Translations under genes and position numbers: made by a program
Notes under the pieces: generated by a model
Databases searched by the model: none
Told to the model about the DNA's origin: nothing
Seen by the model: the letters and a program-made list of their open reading frames with translations, nothing else
NCBI GenBank assembly: GCA_963777505.1
Contig: CAVZQN010000001.1
Location: 512,001 to 576,000, forward strand
Source of the DNA: an uncultured bacterium
Lineage (GTDB): Bacteria > Acidobacteriota > HRBIN11 > JAKEFK01
Length of the DNA stretch: 64,000 nt
Direction of reading: 5' to 3'
Shown here: positions 9,694 through 19,319 of the stretch, in pieces
How positions within the stretch are numbered: position 1 is the stretch's first letter
Layout: each line of letters starts with the position of its first letter

Positions 9694-10545
9694 CTAAAAA
9701 TAGAGGTCTAAACTGGCAAAAAAGAGCAGAAGTACCCCTACAGCACCATTAATTGTGAAAAATGCCTCATTAACACGACTTAGATCCGCTGCGCTTACGA
9801 GAGTATGTTCATAAACCAGAAGCGCCCCAACAAATCCGACTCCAAGGTAGTACAGCCAGCCGAGTTGAGCCGCAGCTCCAAAACCGATGAGTAATAGGAT
9901 TGTCATTACATGACAAATACGCGAAATCATAAGAGCTGTTGGTATTCCAAAGCGGGAAGGCACTGAATGCAATTGATGAGTCCGATCGAATTCTGCATCC
10001 TGGCAGGAATAAATCAGATCAAACCCGGCAACCCAAAACAAAATTGCAAAACTTAAAATCACCGGTTCGCGATCCAGCGTCCCTTTAATTGCAATCCATG
10101 CTCCTGAAGGTGCAATTGCAAGGGCGAGACCGATGAACCAGTGGCTGAGAGCCGTGAATCTTTTTGTAAATGAATACCCAAAAATGATAACAAGCGCCAG
10201 CGGTGATAAGGCAAAAGCGAATGGATTTAATCGATATGCAGCATAGATAAAAATTGCTGAACAAACACAAACAAAAATAGCAACGAAAGGTACAGAAAGG
10301 AGTCCGGCTGCAAGCGGCCACTTTTGCGTTCGCGGATTCAAGCTGTCGTACTTTCGATCTACGAGTCTATTAAAAGCCATTGCACAGGAACGCGCAGCAA
10401 CCATCGCTACAAGAATCCACAAAACCTGTGAAGGTTTCGGTAGGCCGTTTGAAGCAACAAGCGCGCTGATGAGCGCAAACGGCAGAGCAAAAATGGAATG
10501 CTCTATCTTGATCATCCGGAACGTTAACGCGAGTTTTGAAATCAT
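9694..10545 (-). CDS. UbiA-family polyprenyltransferase (MqnP-like)
   Basis: IKIEHSIFALPFA, ARSCAMAFNRLVDRKYD.LNPRT, GFDLIYSCQD. Confidence 0.92.
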   Translation of the reverse strand: MISKLALTFRMIKIEHSIFALPFALISALVASNGLPKPSQVLWILVAMVAARSCAMAFNRLVDRKYDSLNPRTQKWPLAAGLLSVPFVAIFVCVCSAIFIYAAYRLNPFAFALSPLALVIIFGYSFTKRFTALSHWFIGLALAIAPSGAWIAIKGTLDREPVILSFAILFWVAGFDLIYSCQDAEFDRTHQLHSVPSRFGIPTALMISRICHVMTILLLIGFGAAAQLGWLYYLGVGFVGALLVYEHTLVSAADLSRVNEAFFTINGAVGVLLLFFASLDLYF

Positions 10546-10556
10546 CTTTTTAGAAG

Positions 10557-11150
10557 TTACTCTTTGCCCCAACGTTTGCTGATGTTGTGTTCCAGGCCAA
10601 ACTGATCCAGGATTCTTGCAACGACAAAATCGATCAAATCAGCGATTTGAGCAGGACGATGATAAAACCCTGGGGCCGCCGGAAGGATCACTCCACCCGC
10701 CTGGGTAATTCGCAAACAATTTTTAAGATGGATTAAAGACAAAGGCGCTTCTCGAATGACAAGAATCAATTTGTGTCTTTCTTTTAAAGCAACTTCGGCA
10801 CCCCGTTGAATTAAGTTGTTAGAAGTTCCTGCAGCAATATTTCCAAGGCTGCCAGTGCTGCAAGGCACAACGATCATTCCCGAAGTAGGATAACTTCCGC
10901 TTGCGATAGGTGAGTAAAAATTAAAATTATCGTAAAAACTGAATTTTGAGCTTTCTCTCCCCAGAATCTTTGAAATATTGAAATTCTGTGCAGAAACAGA
11001 AATCGACATCTCTTGCTTTAGAAGAATGAAGCCATTCGTAGAAATTACCAGATGAACTTTTTCGACTTGCGGAAGTTCATCGAGTACTTGAAGCAGTCGA
11101 ACTGCATAAGGGGCTCCGCTCGCGCCTGAGATTCCAACACTAAGTTCCAT
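10557..11150 (-). CDS. ubiX: Flavin prenyltransferase
   Basis: GISGASGAPY, IASGS, PCSTGSL, LKER, REAPL, PGFYHRP. Confidence 0.93.
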   Translation of the reverse strand: MELSVGISGASGAPYAVRLLQVLDELPQVEKVHLVISTNGFILLKQEMSISVSAQNFNISKILGRESSKFSFYDNFNFYSPIASGSYPTSGMIVVPCSTGSLGNIAAGTSNNLIQRGAEVALKERHKLILVIREAPLSLIHLKNCLRITQAGGVILPAAPGFYHRPAQIADLIDFVVARILDQFGLEHNISKRWGKE

Positions 11151-11170
11151 GACGATAAATAACCTGAACT

Positions 11171-11178
11171 GTTATAAT
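11171..11178. promoter_or_regulatory. Overlapping divergent -10 elements (bidirectional promoter candidate)
   Basis: TATAAT on + (11173-11178) and TATAAC on - (11171-11176) in a 37-bp gap between divergent starts. Confidence 0.45.
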
Positions 11179-11187
11179 AACGCATTT

Positions 11188-12069
11188 ATGATGCCTACTT
11201 TGACCCGAACAGATTTCCCGGGAGTCTCGATCGTAATTCCTGCATATAACGAGGAAAAAGCCATAGCAGGAGTTGTCGAAGAAATCCAAAAAGTCTGCCA
11301 CGAACAAAATCTCGATTTCGAAATTATTGTTGTAGATGACGGCTCAACAGATCAGACCTTGCAGACGGTTTCCGGAAAATCGATCAAAGTTTTGCAACAT
11401 CCGGAAAATAGAGGTTATGGAGCCAGCATAAAGACTGGAGTTCTGGCCGCAAAACATCCATGGATTCTGATTACAGATGCTGACGGCACGTATCCTGTTT
11501 CTGAAATTCCAAAACTTCTTCAGGATTTTGATCAATATGACATGGTCGTTGGTTCTAGAACCGGTGAAGATGTCAACATTCCTGCAATAAGAAAGCCTGC
11601 AAAATGGATGTTGAATAAACTCGCTAATTTCATGGTTGAAGCTCATATTCCTGATTTAAATTCTGGATTCCGCCTATTTCGAAAGTCTTCGTTTTTGCGA
11701 TTCGCAAATATTTATCCGGCCGGTTTTTCCTTAACTACGACGATGACACTTGCTCTTTTGAGCAGCGATCAGGCCGTCAAATATGTACCGGTCAACTATT
11801 ACAAACGTCAAGGGCATTCGAAGATTCGTCCGTTTCGGGATACATATAACTTTTTCCTGCTTGTGTTACGAACAATCATGTATTTTGATCCATTGCGTAT
11901 TTTCATGCCTGTTGCCCTCATTCTTTTTTTAATCGGCGTCCTGTTTTCCGCATGGGAAATTTATGTTTTTCAAAACATAACAACTGCTGCAACAATTGTA
12001 TTGTTTGCGGCACTTCAAACTGCGATTCTAGGATTGCTGGCGGATTTAATCGTAAAAGGCCGGCGATAA
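11188..12069 (+). CDS. Glycosyltransferase family 2 (DPM1/GtrB-like, two C-terminal TM helices)
   Basis: IVIPAYNEE, VVDDGSTD, NRGYG, TDADGTY, DLNSGFRL. Confidence 0.92.
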   Translation: MMPTLTRTDFPGVSIVIPAYNEEKAIAGVVEEIQKVCHEQNLDFEIIVVDDGSTDQTLQTVSGKSIKVLQHPENRGYGASIKTGVLAAKHPWILITDADGTYPVSEIPKLLQDFDQYDMVVGSRTGEDVNIPAIRKPAKWMLNKLANFMVEAHIPDLNSGFRLFRKSSFLRFANIYPAGFSLTTTMTLALLSSDQAVKYVPVNYYKRQGHSKIRPFRDTYNFFLLVLRTIMYFDPLRIFMPVALILFLIGVLFSAWEIYVFQNITTAATIVLFAALQTAILGLLADLIVKGRR

Positions 12070-12077
12070 ACTCAGGA

Positions 12078-12099
12078 GCCGGCACAATGCCGGCGTTAC
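12078..12099 (-). repeat. Single REP-like palindrome (GTAA tail)
   Basis: Minus strand GTAAC-GCCGGCA-TTG-TGCCGGC in an intergenic gap. Confidence 0.5.
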
Positions 12100-12106
12100 A
12101 AAACCC

Positions 12107-13312
12107 TTGGAAGAATCTGTAGTCACTATCGAAAAAATGGTCTATGGCGGCAAAGGCCTTGCCCGCTTAAATGGTCAAGTTGTTTTCGTTCCATTCACAT
12201 TACCTGGTGAAAAAGTCCGGATCCACATCACAAAAAGGCATCGCGACTACCTCGAAGGTGAAGTCATTGAGGTAGTGGAGCCTTCGGCATCAAGGATCGC
12301 ACCTGATTGCGCTTATTTTGGCCGATGCGGTGGATGCCAGATCAGTCATGCTACTTATGAACATCAGATTCAAACGAAAGTAAGTGTTCTGAAAGAAACT
12401 CTGAATCGCAACCAGATCAGTTTTCCAGAGCCTCAGGTGGTTCCAGGAAGCCCATTTCATTACAGGCATCGAGCACAACTTAAATACAGTGCACGTAAGC
12501 GGGAACTCGGCTTTTATGAAACCGGTTCAAACCGGATTGTGGATATTCAGAAATGTTTATGTCTGACTCCGGGTTTAAGTCAGCTCATGATTGCTTTACG
12601 AAACGAGCTTGCGACGACACCTGTTCAAAATTTAAGTGAGATTGAGTTGTACGAAAATGAGATCGGAGAGACCGCCGCTTATTTCAACTCGAAACTTCCA
12701 TCCGTGTTGCGTGAACGATTCTCAAATGTCACACGCGTCTTTGGTGCAGATGATGTTGCTCAAACAAGTTTGATGTTGAAGTTTCGTGATTCGCAATTTC
12801 CAATGCAGCCCGATATTTTCCTGCAAATAAATCCAGGGCTATGGAAAGCGATGATTCAAGAGGTTGAAAGTCATTTTGAAAATAATCCATCTGCAGTCGT
12901 TGCAGAATTCTATTGTGGTGCAGGTTTTTTTACAGTTGTCATTGCGCATCATGTTCAAAAAATTTATGCGAGCGAAGAAAATCAGAAAGCCATTGAGTTT
13001 GCGAAAGCCCACCACAAAGAAAGAAACATCGAATGGATACAAGCGCGAGCTGAGGATTACAAAATTCCAAATGATGTGACCGCAGTTCTTGTGGATCCGC
13101 CTCGCGCCGGGTTACAGAAGAATGTCATCGCACAATTGCTCAAAAATAGACCGAGACAGGTCACGTATGTTTCCTGCGATCCAACGTCTTTTGCACGTGA
13201 CTTGAAGCAGTTAAGTTCCGTGTATGAAATAAAACGCCTTGTCCTGCTTGATTTATTCGCTCAGACCTACCACTTCGAAACTATTGCTCTGCTTCGCATC
13301 TCTGCGGTTTAA
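12107..13312 (+). CDS. TrmA/RlmD-family RNA m5U methyltransferase with TRAM domain
   Basis: VFVPFTLPGEKV, C.YFGRCGGCQ, YRHR, VDPPRAG, YVSCDP.SFARDL, FAQTYHFE. Confidence 0.93.
   Translation: MEESVVTIEKMVYGGKGLARLNGQVVFVPFTLPGEKVRIHITKRHRDYLEGEVIEVVEPSASRIAPDCAYFGRCGGCQISHATYEHQIQTKVSVLKETLNRNQISFPEPQVVPGSPFHYRHRAQLKYSARKRELGFYETGSNRIVDIQKCLCLTPGLSQLMIALRNELATTPVQNLSEIELYENEIGETAAYFNSKLPSVLRERFSNVTRVFGADDVAQTSLMLKFRDSQFPMQPDIFLQINPGLWKAMIQEVESHFENNPSAVVAEFYCGAGFFTVVIAHHVQKIYASEENQKAIEFAKAHHKERNIEWIQARAEDYKIPNDVTAVLVDPPRAGLQKNVIAQLLKNRPRQVTYVSCDPTSFARDLKQLSSVYEIKRLVLLDLFAQTYHFETIALLRISAV
13292..13309 (-). repeat. 18-bp junction repeat, copy 3
   Basis: rc AACCGCAGAGATGCGAAG, immediately before the TAA stop of the RNA methyltransferase. 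Confidence 0.75.
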
Positions 13313-13323
13313 TAAGTTCCGAA

Positions 13324-14163
13324 ATGATTCAGCCGATCAAGCTAGGAAAGTTCGCTTTATATCCGTTACTGGATAGTCACTTCAAATTGGATGGCGGATC
13401 AATCTTTGGCGTTGTGCCCAAAACTTTGTGGAAACGTTTTTACTCGGCCGACGAATTCAATCGGATCCGGCTTGCTGTGCGGCCGCTTCTGGTTGAAGCG
13501 GCAGGCAAATGGATCTTAATTGATACGGGCATCGGGGACAAATTTGACGACAAAAAGAACAACATCTATGCAGTCGAGCCTCAACCAGGATTAGCTGCGC
13601 AGCTTAATGAGGTTGGCATAACACATTCTGATATTGCTGTGGTGATCAATTCACATCTTCATTGGGATCATGCTGGAGGAAATACAGAGCGGCGGAAAGA
13701 TGAATGGATCCCTGCCTTCCCTAATGCACGTTATGTGGTACAGCGTGGCGAATATGATTTTGCGACGCACTTGAATGAACGAACCCGCGGGAGTTATCGG
13801 ATCGAAGATTATGTAGCTCTTGAGAAACTGGGATTGTTTGATTTTGCCGATGGTGACACAACAGTATTGCCGGGCGTGCGCGTACTCCATTCCGGTGGAC
13901 ATGTTCCGCATCATCAGTGTGTTCTGCTGGAATCTGATTCGCGAACTGCATTTTTTTTAGGCGATTTACTACCAAGTCATGCGCATCTTTCATTGCCTTA
14001 CATCATGGCTTTTGACATAAATCCATTAGAGACGCTTGAAAAAAAGAGGGAGTATTTGGAAAAAGCATCAGAGGAAGGCTGGCTTCTGTTTTTCGTACAC
14101 GATCCCGATCAGCCGTATGGTCAGGTAGTAAAATCTGATTCTGGATTCTCCTTGAAGTTATGA
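13324..14163 (+). CDS. MBL-fold metallohydrolase (YtnP-like)
   Basis: LDGGSIFGVVPKTLW, LIDTG, SHLHWDHAGG, GHVPHHQ, FVHDP. Confidence 0.92.
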   Translation: MIQPIKLGKFALYPLLDSHFKLDGGSIFGVVPKTLWKRFYSADEFNRIRLAVRPLLVEAAGKWILIDTGIGDKFDDKKNNIYAVEPQPGLAAQLNEVGITHSDIAVVINSHLHWDHAGGNTERRKDEWIPAFPNARYVVQRGEYDFATHLNERTRGSYRIEDYVALEKLGLFDFADGDTTVLPGVRVLHSGGHVPHHQCVLLESDSRTAFFLGDLLPSHAHLSLPYIMAFDINPLETLEKKREYLEKASEEGWLLFFVHDPDQPYGQVVKSDSGFSLKL

Positions 14164-14849
14164 AAGAAAAAATCCTGATTGTCGATGATGATCCGGCAAT
14201 GTTGAATTTGCTGCATACAGAGCTTTCGTCCGAATACGAAGTGCTCAGGGCTGAGAATGGCGAGAAAGGATTGTTACTGAGCATGCAGCACACCCCACGG
14301 CTCATCATTTCAGATATCAACATGCCTGAGCTGAATGGCTGGGAGTTTTGCTATCTTACGAGACAAATCCCATCCACGAAGACAATTCCTTTCGTTTTTT
14401 TGTCGAGCCGTTCAGAACTTCCAGACCGGGTTCAAAGCCTCAGGCTTGGCGCAGATGATTTCATTGCGAAACCATTTTCGATGGAAGTCCTTCTGACCCG
14501 GATCCGAATCGTTTTCGAACGAGTGCGCCGCCGGCAGATTGCTATCGAGAGTAAAGCTGCGTTCGATGATCAAATCAATACTTTGATGATTGATTTGCTG
14601 GAATATCTGCGCGCAAATAAACGTTCAGGAATCGTCGAATTTAACAGAATGGGCCAACACGGGACAATTACGGTATTTGAAGGCCAGATTATTGATGCAG
14701 ATTTTGAAGAAAAAAAAGGAGAAAGCGCGCTTCGGATGATGATTTCATTGGAGTCTGGCGAAGTTGCATTCAAAGAAAGAAAAACGATAAAAGGTGTTCC
14801 ATTGATAAAAGACTGGCCAGGCTTTCTTGTTTCTTTTTTGCCAGATTAG
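14160..14849 (+). CDS. Response regulator (REC + DUF4388/PATAN-like domain)
   Basis: ILIVDDD, ISDINMP, GADDFIAKPF; C-terminal DLLEYL..NKRSG......G.I....G.I.DA......GE.AL. Confidence 0.85.
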   Translation: MKEKILIVDDDPAMLNLLHTELSSEYEVLRAENGEKGLLLSMQHTPRLIISDINMPELNGWEFCYLTRQIPSTKTIPFVFLSSRSELPDRVQSLRLGADDFIAKPFSMEVLLTRIRIVFERVRRRQIAIESKAAFDDQINTLMIDLLEYLRANKRSGIVEFNRMGQHGTITVFEGQIIDADFEEKKGESALRMMISLESGEVAFKERKTIKGVPLIKDWPGFLVSFLPD

Positions 14850-14950
14850 GCAAGTGAGGCTATAGTTAAACGCTTTTGCCCGATTTTGGGCAGTTTAGAA
14901 TGCGCGCTAGTCCGTTTACACTGAGGCTCGCTGGATTGCGTTCTTTTGCG

Positions 14951-14979
14951 TTGACACGACGGCGGTAAAGTAGTAGCAT
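14951..14979 (+). promoter_or_regulatory. Sigma70 promoter for M23 peptidase
   Basis: TTGACA-17 nt-TAGCAT. Confidence 0.7.
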
Positions 14980-15085
14980 ACAAATTTCCTATTGGCGGCA
15001 ACGTCCAGAAGAGGACTTAAGTCCCATCCGCTGCCGACGGCTACTGCCGTAAAACATGAAGAATTCTGTCAGGAGGACGCTATCG

Positions 15086-15985
15086 ATGGCGGACCAGAGA
15101 TTTACGATAATTGTAGTTCCGCACGCTAGATCCAGCCTACGTAAATGTCAGATTTCAACCCGTATTTTATCTTATGCTCTCATTGCGCTTTCCGCTCTGT
15201 TTTTGGTTGGAATCGGTGTTTTGGTTCATTACGTGAAGCTGTATCGAGATGCTCGGAACTATGTACTGCTTGAACAACAAAATCAAGAATTACGAGCAAA
15301 TTTAGAACAATCCCAGCTGTTAACTCAGAAGTTAAACCGTAAGCTTTCATTTCTCACTGATCTGTCAAATAAACTGAAAGTTATGGCGGGACTTCCGCTT
15401 GAAGTTTCAAACACAAAGAGGCTACCAAAACCGGGAATCGGTGGAGTTACGATGTATACCACAACCTCAGGTATCCCGGACTCAGGACGTTTATTGCAGA
15501 TCGAAAAACGCGCACAGTATCTGGAACAAAGCTTCGATGTCCTGAATGAGTACTTCCATCACCAGAACACTGCTCTTTCCTTTACTCCCTCAATTCTTCC
15601 CTCTGCGGGATTTCTGTCGTCGTATTTTGGTGCTCGACGGAATCCCTTTACGAATGCTCCTGACTTTCATGAGGGTATCGATATTACGAATGAAACCGGA
15701 ACGCTGATTGTTTCACCGGCAGACGGTAAGGTTTTGTTCGTTGGTCAGAAAGGTAGCTACGGCAACGTTATTGAAATCATGCATCGTGGCGAAATTAAGA
15801 CCCTTTTCGGTCATATGGATGAAGTACGGGTTAAAGTTGGCCAGGAAGTAAAACGCTGGGACGTTATCGGAACTGTGGGAAATACTGGGAAAAGTACAGG
15901 TCCTCATCTGCATTATGAAATCCATGTTGGGGAAAGTCCGGTAAATCCACTGCCCTACATTCTGAATCTGGATACTTTGGGTTAG
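15086..15985 (+). CDS. M23 family peptidoglycan endopeptidase with N-terminal TM and coiled coil
   Basis: SSYFGARRNPF, HEGIDI, STGPHLHYE; SD AGGAGG before ATG 15086. Confidence 0.93.
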   Translation: MADQRFTIIVVPHARSSLRKCQISTRILSYALIALSALFLVGIGVLVHYVKLYRDARNYVLLEQQNQELRANLEQSQLLTQKLNRKLSFLTDLSNKLKVMAGLPLEVSNTKRLPKPGIGGVTMYTTTSGIPDSGRLLQIEKRAQYLEQSFDVLNEYFHHQNTALSFTPSILPSAGFLSSYFGARRNPFTNAPDFHEGIDITNETGTLIVSPADGKVLFVGQKGSYGNVIEIMHRGEIKTLFGHMDEVRVKVGQEVKRWDVIGTVGNTGKSTGPHLHYEIHVGESPVNPLPYILNLDTLG

Positions 15986-15992
15986 CGCAGCT

Positions 15993-16610
15993 TTATTTGC
16001 CCAGAGCTTTCAATTCTTTTGCAGCGTGCTGATTTGACGGGTCGCGTTTCAAAGCTTCTTGAAATTTCTGTCGCGCTTCTTCCTTACGGTTCATAGACTT
16101 CAGAACAAGGCCTTCTTGATGGAGAACCTGTGACATCCAGAAGTCATCCGTGTGCAGCAAGTTCTCAGCTCGTTGAAGGAATCCCAGTGAACGTTCGTAG
16201 TCTTTTTGATTCGCAGCAATGACGCCAAGATAATAATAAGGCTTGCCATTTGTCGGGCTCACTCTCAAGGCCTGTTCAAAAAGCTGTTCTGCCTCTTCCA
16301 AATTTCCGGTATTCAGTTGCTTGACTCCTCCTTCCATTAATTTTGTAGACGCGGGGTCTGCCTTTGAAGGCTGCCGTGGCTTCATCTGCGGCGCTTCAAG
16401 CGGAGGTTTCGTTGGCTTTGGAGGCTCCTCCGGTTTTGGAGGTGGAGGCTCAGGCGTTGGAGTTGGTGACTCAGGTTTCGTCGGCGCAGGCTCCTGCGGA
16501 GGATCAATCGTAGGTTCACCAGGAGGAAGTCTTTTTGGACCGCAACCGGTCACGGTCACGAAAATTAGAAAGAACACTATAAGAACAACAAATTTCACCT
16601 TAATAATCAC
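15993..16610 (-). CDS. TPR lipoprotein with Pro-rich linker (LpoP-like candidate)
   Basis: Lipobox VTGC, PPGEPT...PPKP linker, about 3 TPRs; directly downstream of PBP1B. Confidence 0.8.
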   Translation of the reverse strand: MIIKVKFVVLIVFFLIFVTVTGCGPKRLPPGEPTIDPPQEPAPTKPESPTPTPEPPPPKPEEPPKPTKPPLEAPQMKPRQPSKADPASTKLMEGGVKQLNTGNLEEAEQLFEQALRVSPTNGKPYYYLGVIAANQKDYERSLGFLQRAENLLHTDDFWMSQVLHQEGLVLKSMNRKEEARQKFQEALKRDPSNQHAAKELKALGK

Positions 16611-16665
16611 AAATTACTCCAGCGTCAATAATAGGTCTTTCTATTTCATCTTTCAGCGTTCATCG

Positions 16666-19020
16666 TTACCCAAAAATGTCCCACCATCGCGAACCATGTT
16701 CTTCACAAGTTTGGGAGGGCTCAGTACCAACTACAAATTTTTCAGGAATCGCTGAAGGACAATCTTCGGTAGCAAGTTGTCCGGTAAGTGGATCAATCAT
16801 CCTTACAGAAACACCTTGCGGACTCGCGAATTCTTCCGAAGGCATACTTTGCAGTGCTTTCTTCATGAATTGAACCCAGATCGGCAAAGCGGCTTGAGCG
16901 CCGGTCATCTTAATTGGTGTATTGTCATCATAACCAGTCCAAACTACACAGAGTAGATTGGGTGTGTAACCAACAAACCACGCATCACGATATTCATCTG
17001 TCGTTCCTGTCTTGCCGGCCGCAGGTCTTGTAAAACCCCATTTACGTACGGGAGCGCCTGTGCCACTGCTGATTACAGTTTCCATCATGTCTGTGATGAT
17101 GTATGCCGTTTGAGGATGCAGAATCCGCTCAACACCAATCTGACTCCGTTCTAGTGTTTTTCCATCCGCACCCGTCACTCTTTGAACAGTACGCAGTTCT
17201 GTTTTCACACCACCATTTGCAAAAACTGTATAGGCTGTTGCAACTTGCCATGGGCTCACTTCAAATGCGCCAAGTGCTAAAGAGGGATAAGGTTTGACTG
17301 AGGTAAATCCAAGTTTTTTTCCAAGGTCTGCTATATCTTTTAAGCCAACATCAATCGCGAGTTTCGCGGTCGCGACATTCATCGATTGTGCAAGCGCATT
17401 TCTAAGAGTTGTAGTTCCATGATATTGACCGTCATAATTTTTTGGCTCCCAGGTCTGATTCGAATAATGTAGGATCCACGGCTCATCCACTACAATCGAT
17501 GCAGGTGTAAAAACGCGTGACTGTTTTTGCTGGAAAGCTTTTTCCATTGCAGCTGCATACACAACAGGCTTAAAGATGCTGCCAGGCTGCCTTGAAGCCT
17601 GACTGATCCGGTCAAACTGACTCTTGGAATAACTACGTCCGCCAACAAAAGCGCGGATGTAACCCGTTTGTGGCTCAATCGCTATCAAACATCCTTGAAC
17701 GTTTTGCTTTGTTCTTTTAAAACGGACTTTGTCGATTTCATTAAGTCCCTTGAAAAGCACTTCTTCTGCCAGTCTTTGCATATCCAGATCGAGAGTTGTG
17801 AAAACATGAAGATTCTGCGTATAGATTGTTTCTTCTTTGTATTTATCAAGCAGTTGACTCTTTACAACATCTCCAAAGTAGGGTGCGAGATTAATTCGAG
17901 CATCGTAAGGATGAACAACTAACGGAACCTTTACATATTTTGCATATTCATCAGGTTTTAGCGCACCCGTATTCTTCATTGCAAGAAGCACAGTATCGCG
18001 TCTGCTTCGGGCTTGAGCAGGATTCTTGTATGGGTTATATGAATTGGGGGCCTGAATCAGACCTGCAAGAAAAGCAGCTTCGGGAACCGAAATGTGCTGA
18101 ACATCTTTTCTAAAAAACAGAAGGCTCGCTTCCCCAACACCGTTGATGCTCATCGCTCCTCGTTGACCAAGATAAATTTCATTGAGGTACATTTCGAGGA
18201 TTTCATTTTTTGTTTGCTTTTGTTCCATGATGAACGCCATCATCGCTTCGCTGATCTTTCGCCGAAGCGTTCGCTGGGGAGTTAAATAGAAATTCTTCAC
18301 AAGCTGCTGCGTAATTGTGCTGCCACCTTGAAGCTGCTTTTTCCCAAATACATCGTTGACGATCGCTCGAAGAATCGCTTTAGGATCAATTCCTGAATGC
18401 TGATAAAAACGGCGATCTTCTATTGCGAGTACTGCCTTAATCAAATGAGGCGGTAGATCCCCATAACGCACAAGTGTTCGTTTTTCCCACTCAGAGCCAA
18501 ATAGACTGCTGATTGCTGCTGGTTCCAAATCAAATGCTGGCAAATCTTCTTTTGAATCCAGATTTGTAATGCTTGCAACGCCAACATTATCGAAGCTGAC
18601 CAATACAGCAGGCAAACGCGGCTGTTTCATGAACAACGCGCGCTTCCGAAACGCTAAGCCTTTTTTCAGAACGGCATATTGCCCGGTTTGCGGTAGAGCT
18701 TCATCAGTCTTTTGATAGTTAATCCGTTGGAGATATTCCACCAGCCACGATTGTTTTAGCGGCATCCCCGCATAAAGCATGGGGGCATCGGCATAGATTG
18801 TTGAAGGTAACGACCAGCGTTCCGATTGAAGATGAGCGTTAACTACTTTGCGACAATTGTTGTAGAAATTAGCAAAAACGATGAGCCCGGCAAATGCCAA
18901 ACAGAAAAACAAAATGAAGACTGGCCGCAGCCACCGCCTTTTGGAGCCATTTGAAACTGGAATGCGGCGTTTGATGCGTCGGATGATCATTCGACCGTAA
19001 TTTTGTTCTGCTTCCTGCAT
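16666..19020 (-). CDS. mrcB: Class A penicillin-binding protein, PBP1B type
   Basis: TM, UB2H-like segment, EDRRFYQH, GGSTITQQLVKN, RQPGSIFKP, SMN, KTGT. Confidence 0.9.
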   Translation of the reverse strand: MQEAEQNYGRMIIRRIKRRIPVSNGSKRRWLRPVFILFFCLAFAGLIVFANFYNNCRKVVNAHLQSERWSLPSTIYADAPMLYAGMPLKQSWLVEYLQRINYQKTDEALPQTGQYAVLKKGLAFRKRALFMKQPRLPAVLVSFDNVGVASITNLDSKEDLPAFDLEPAAISSLFGSEWEKRTLVRYGDLPPHLIKAVLAIEDRRFYQHSGIDPKAILRAIVNDVFGKKQLQGGSTITQQLVKNFYLTPQRTLRRKISEAMMAFIMEQKQTKNEILEMYLNEIYLGQRGAMSINGVGEASLLFFRKDVQHISVPEAAFLAGLIQAPNSYNPYKNPAQARSRRDTVLLAMKNTGALKPDEYAKYVKVPLVVHPYDARINLAPYFGDVVKSQLLDKYKEETIYTQNLHVFTTLDLDMQRLAEEVLFKGLNEIDKVRFKRTKQNVQGCLIAIEPQTGYIRAFVGGRSYSKSQFDRISQASRQPGSIFKPVVYAAAMEKAFQQKQSRVFTPASIVVDEPWILHYSNQTWEPKNYDGQYHGTTTLRNALAQSMNVATAKLAIDVGLKDIADLGKKLGFTSVKPYPSLALGAFEVSPWQVATAYTVFANGGVKTELRTVQRVTGADGKTLERSQIGVERILHPQTAYIITDMMETVISSGTGAPVRKWGFTRPAAGKTGTTDEYRDAWFVGYTPNLLCVVWTGYDDNTPIKMTGAQAALPIWVQFMKKALQSMPSEEFASPQGVSVRMIDPLTGQLATEDCPSAIPEKFVVGTEPSQTCEEHGSRWWDIFG

Positions 19021-19160
19021 TTTGTCAAAGGTTACAACTTATTCTGAAGATTGAATTTAAATACTATTCAGAAAAATGTCATGGATTTTTTTCAAAGATC
19101 ACAATAAAGTGCTTTGCAAACTTCCTACCAAAGCATTTCTGAGAAGCGTAGGGAAATAAT

Positions 19161-19198
19161 TGTGACTTTATTTCCACACATTGTGGGTTGTGTTCACA
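19161..19198 (+). promoter_or_regulatory. Tandem TGTG-N9/10-CACA palindromes, putative bEBP enhancer (UAS)
   Basis: TGTGACTTTATTTCCACA and TGTGGGTTGTGTTCACA, about 80-120 bp upstream of a sigma54 motif. Confidence 0.5.
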
Positions 19199-19279
19199 GC
19201 GCAGTTTAAAAATCAGAAATTTGAAGGCTCACCGTCAGAAATTCGGATGCGTTTCAGCCTCTATTGTCGATAAGAGACC

Positions 19280-19295
19280 GGGCACAGCCTTTGCT
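19280..19295 (+). promoter_or_regulatory. Sigma54 -24/-12 promoter
   Basis: GGGCACAGCCTTTGCT (GG-N10-GC). Confidence 0.7.
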
Positions 19296-19319
19296 TACTT
19301 CACCGAAAGAGGAATAAAA

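Noticed and set aside
16243-16755. 170-aa Gly-rich plus-strand ORF
   Set aside because: Antisense to the Pro-rich linker of the TPR lipoprotein.
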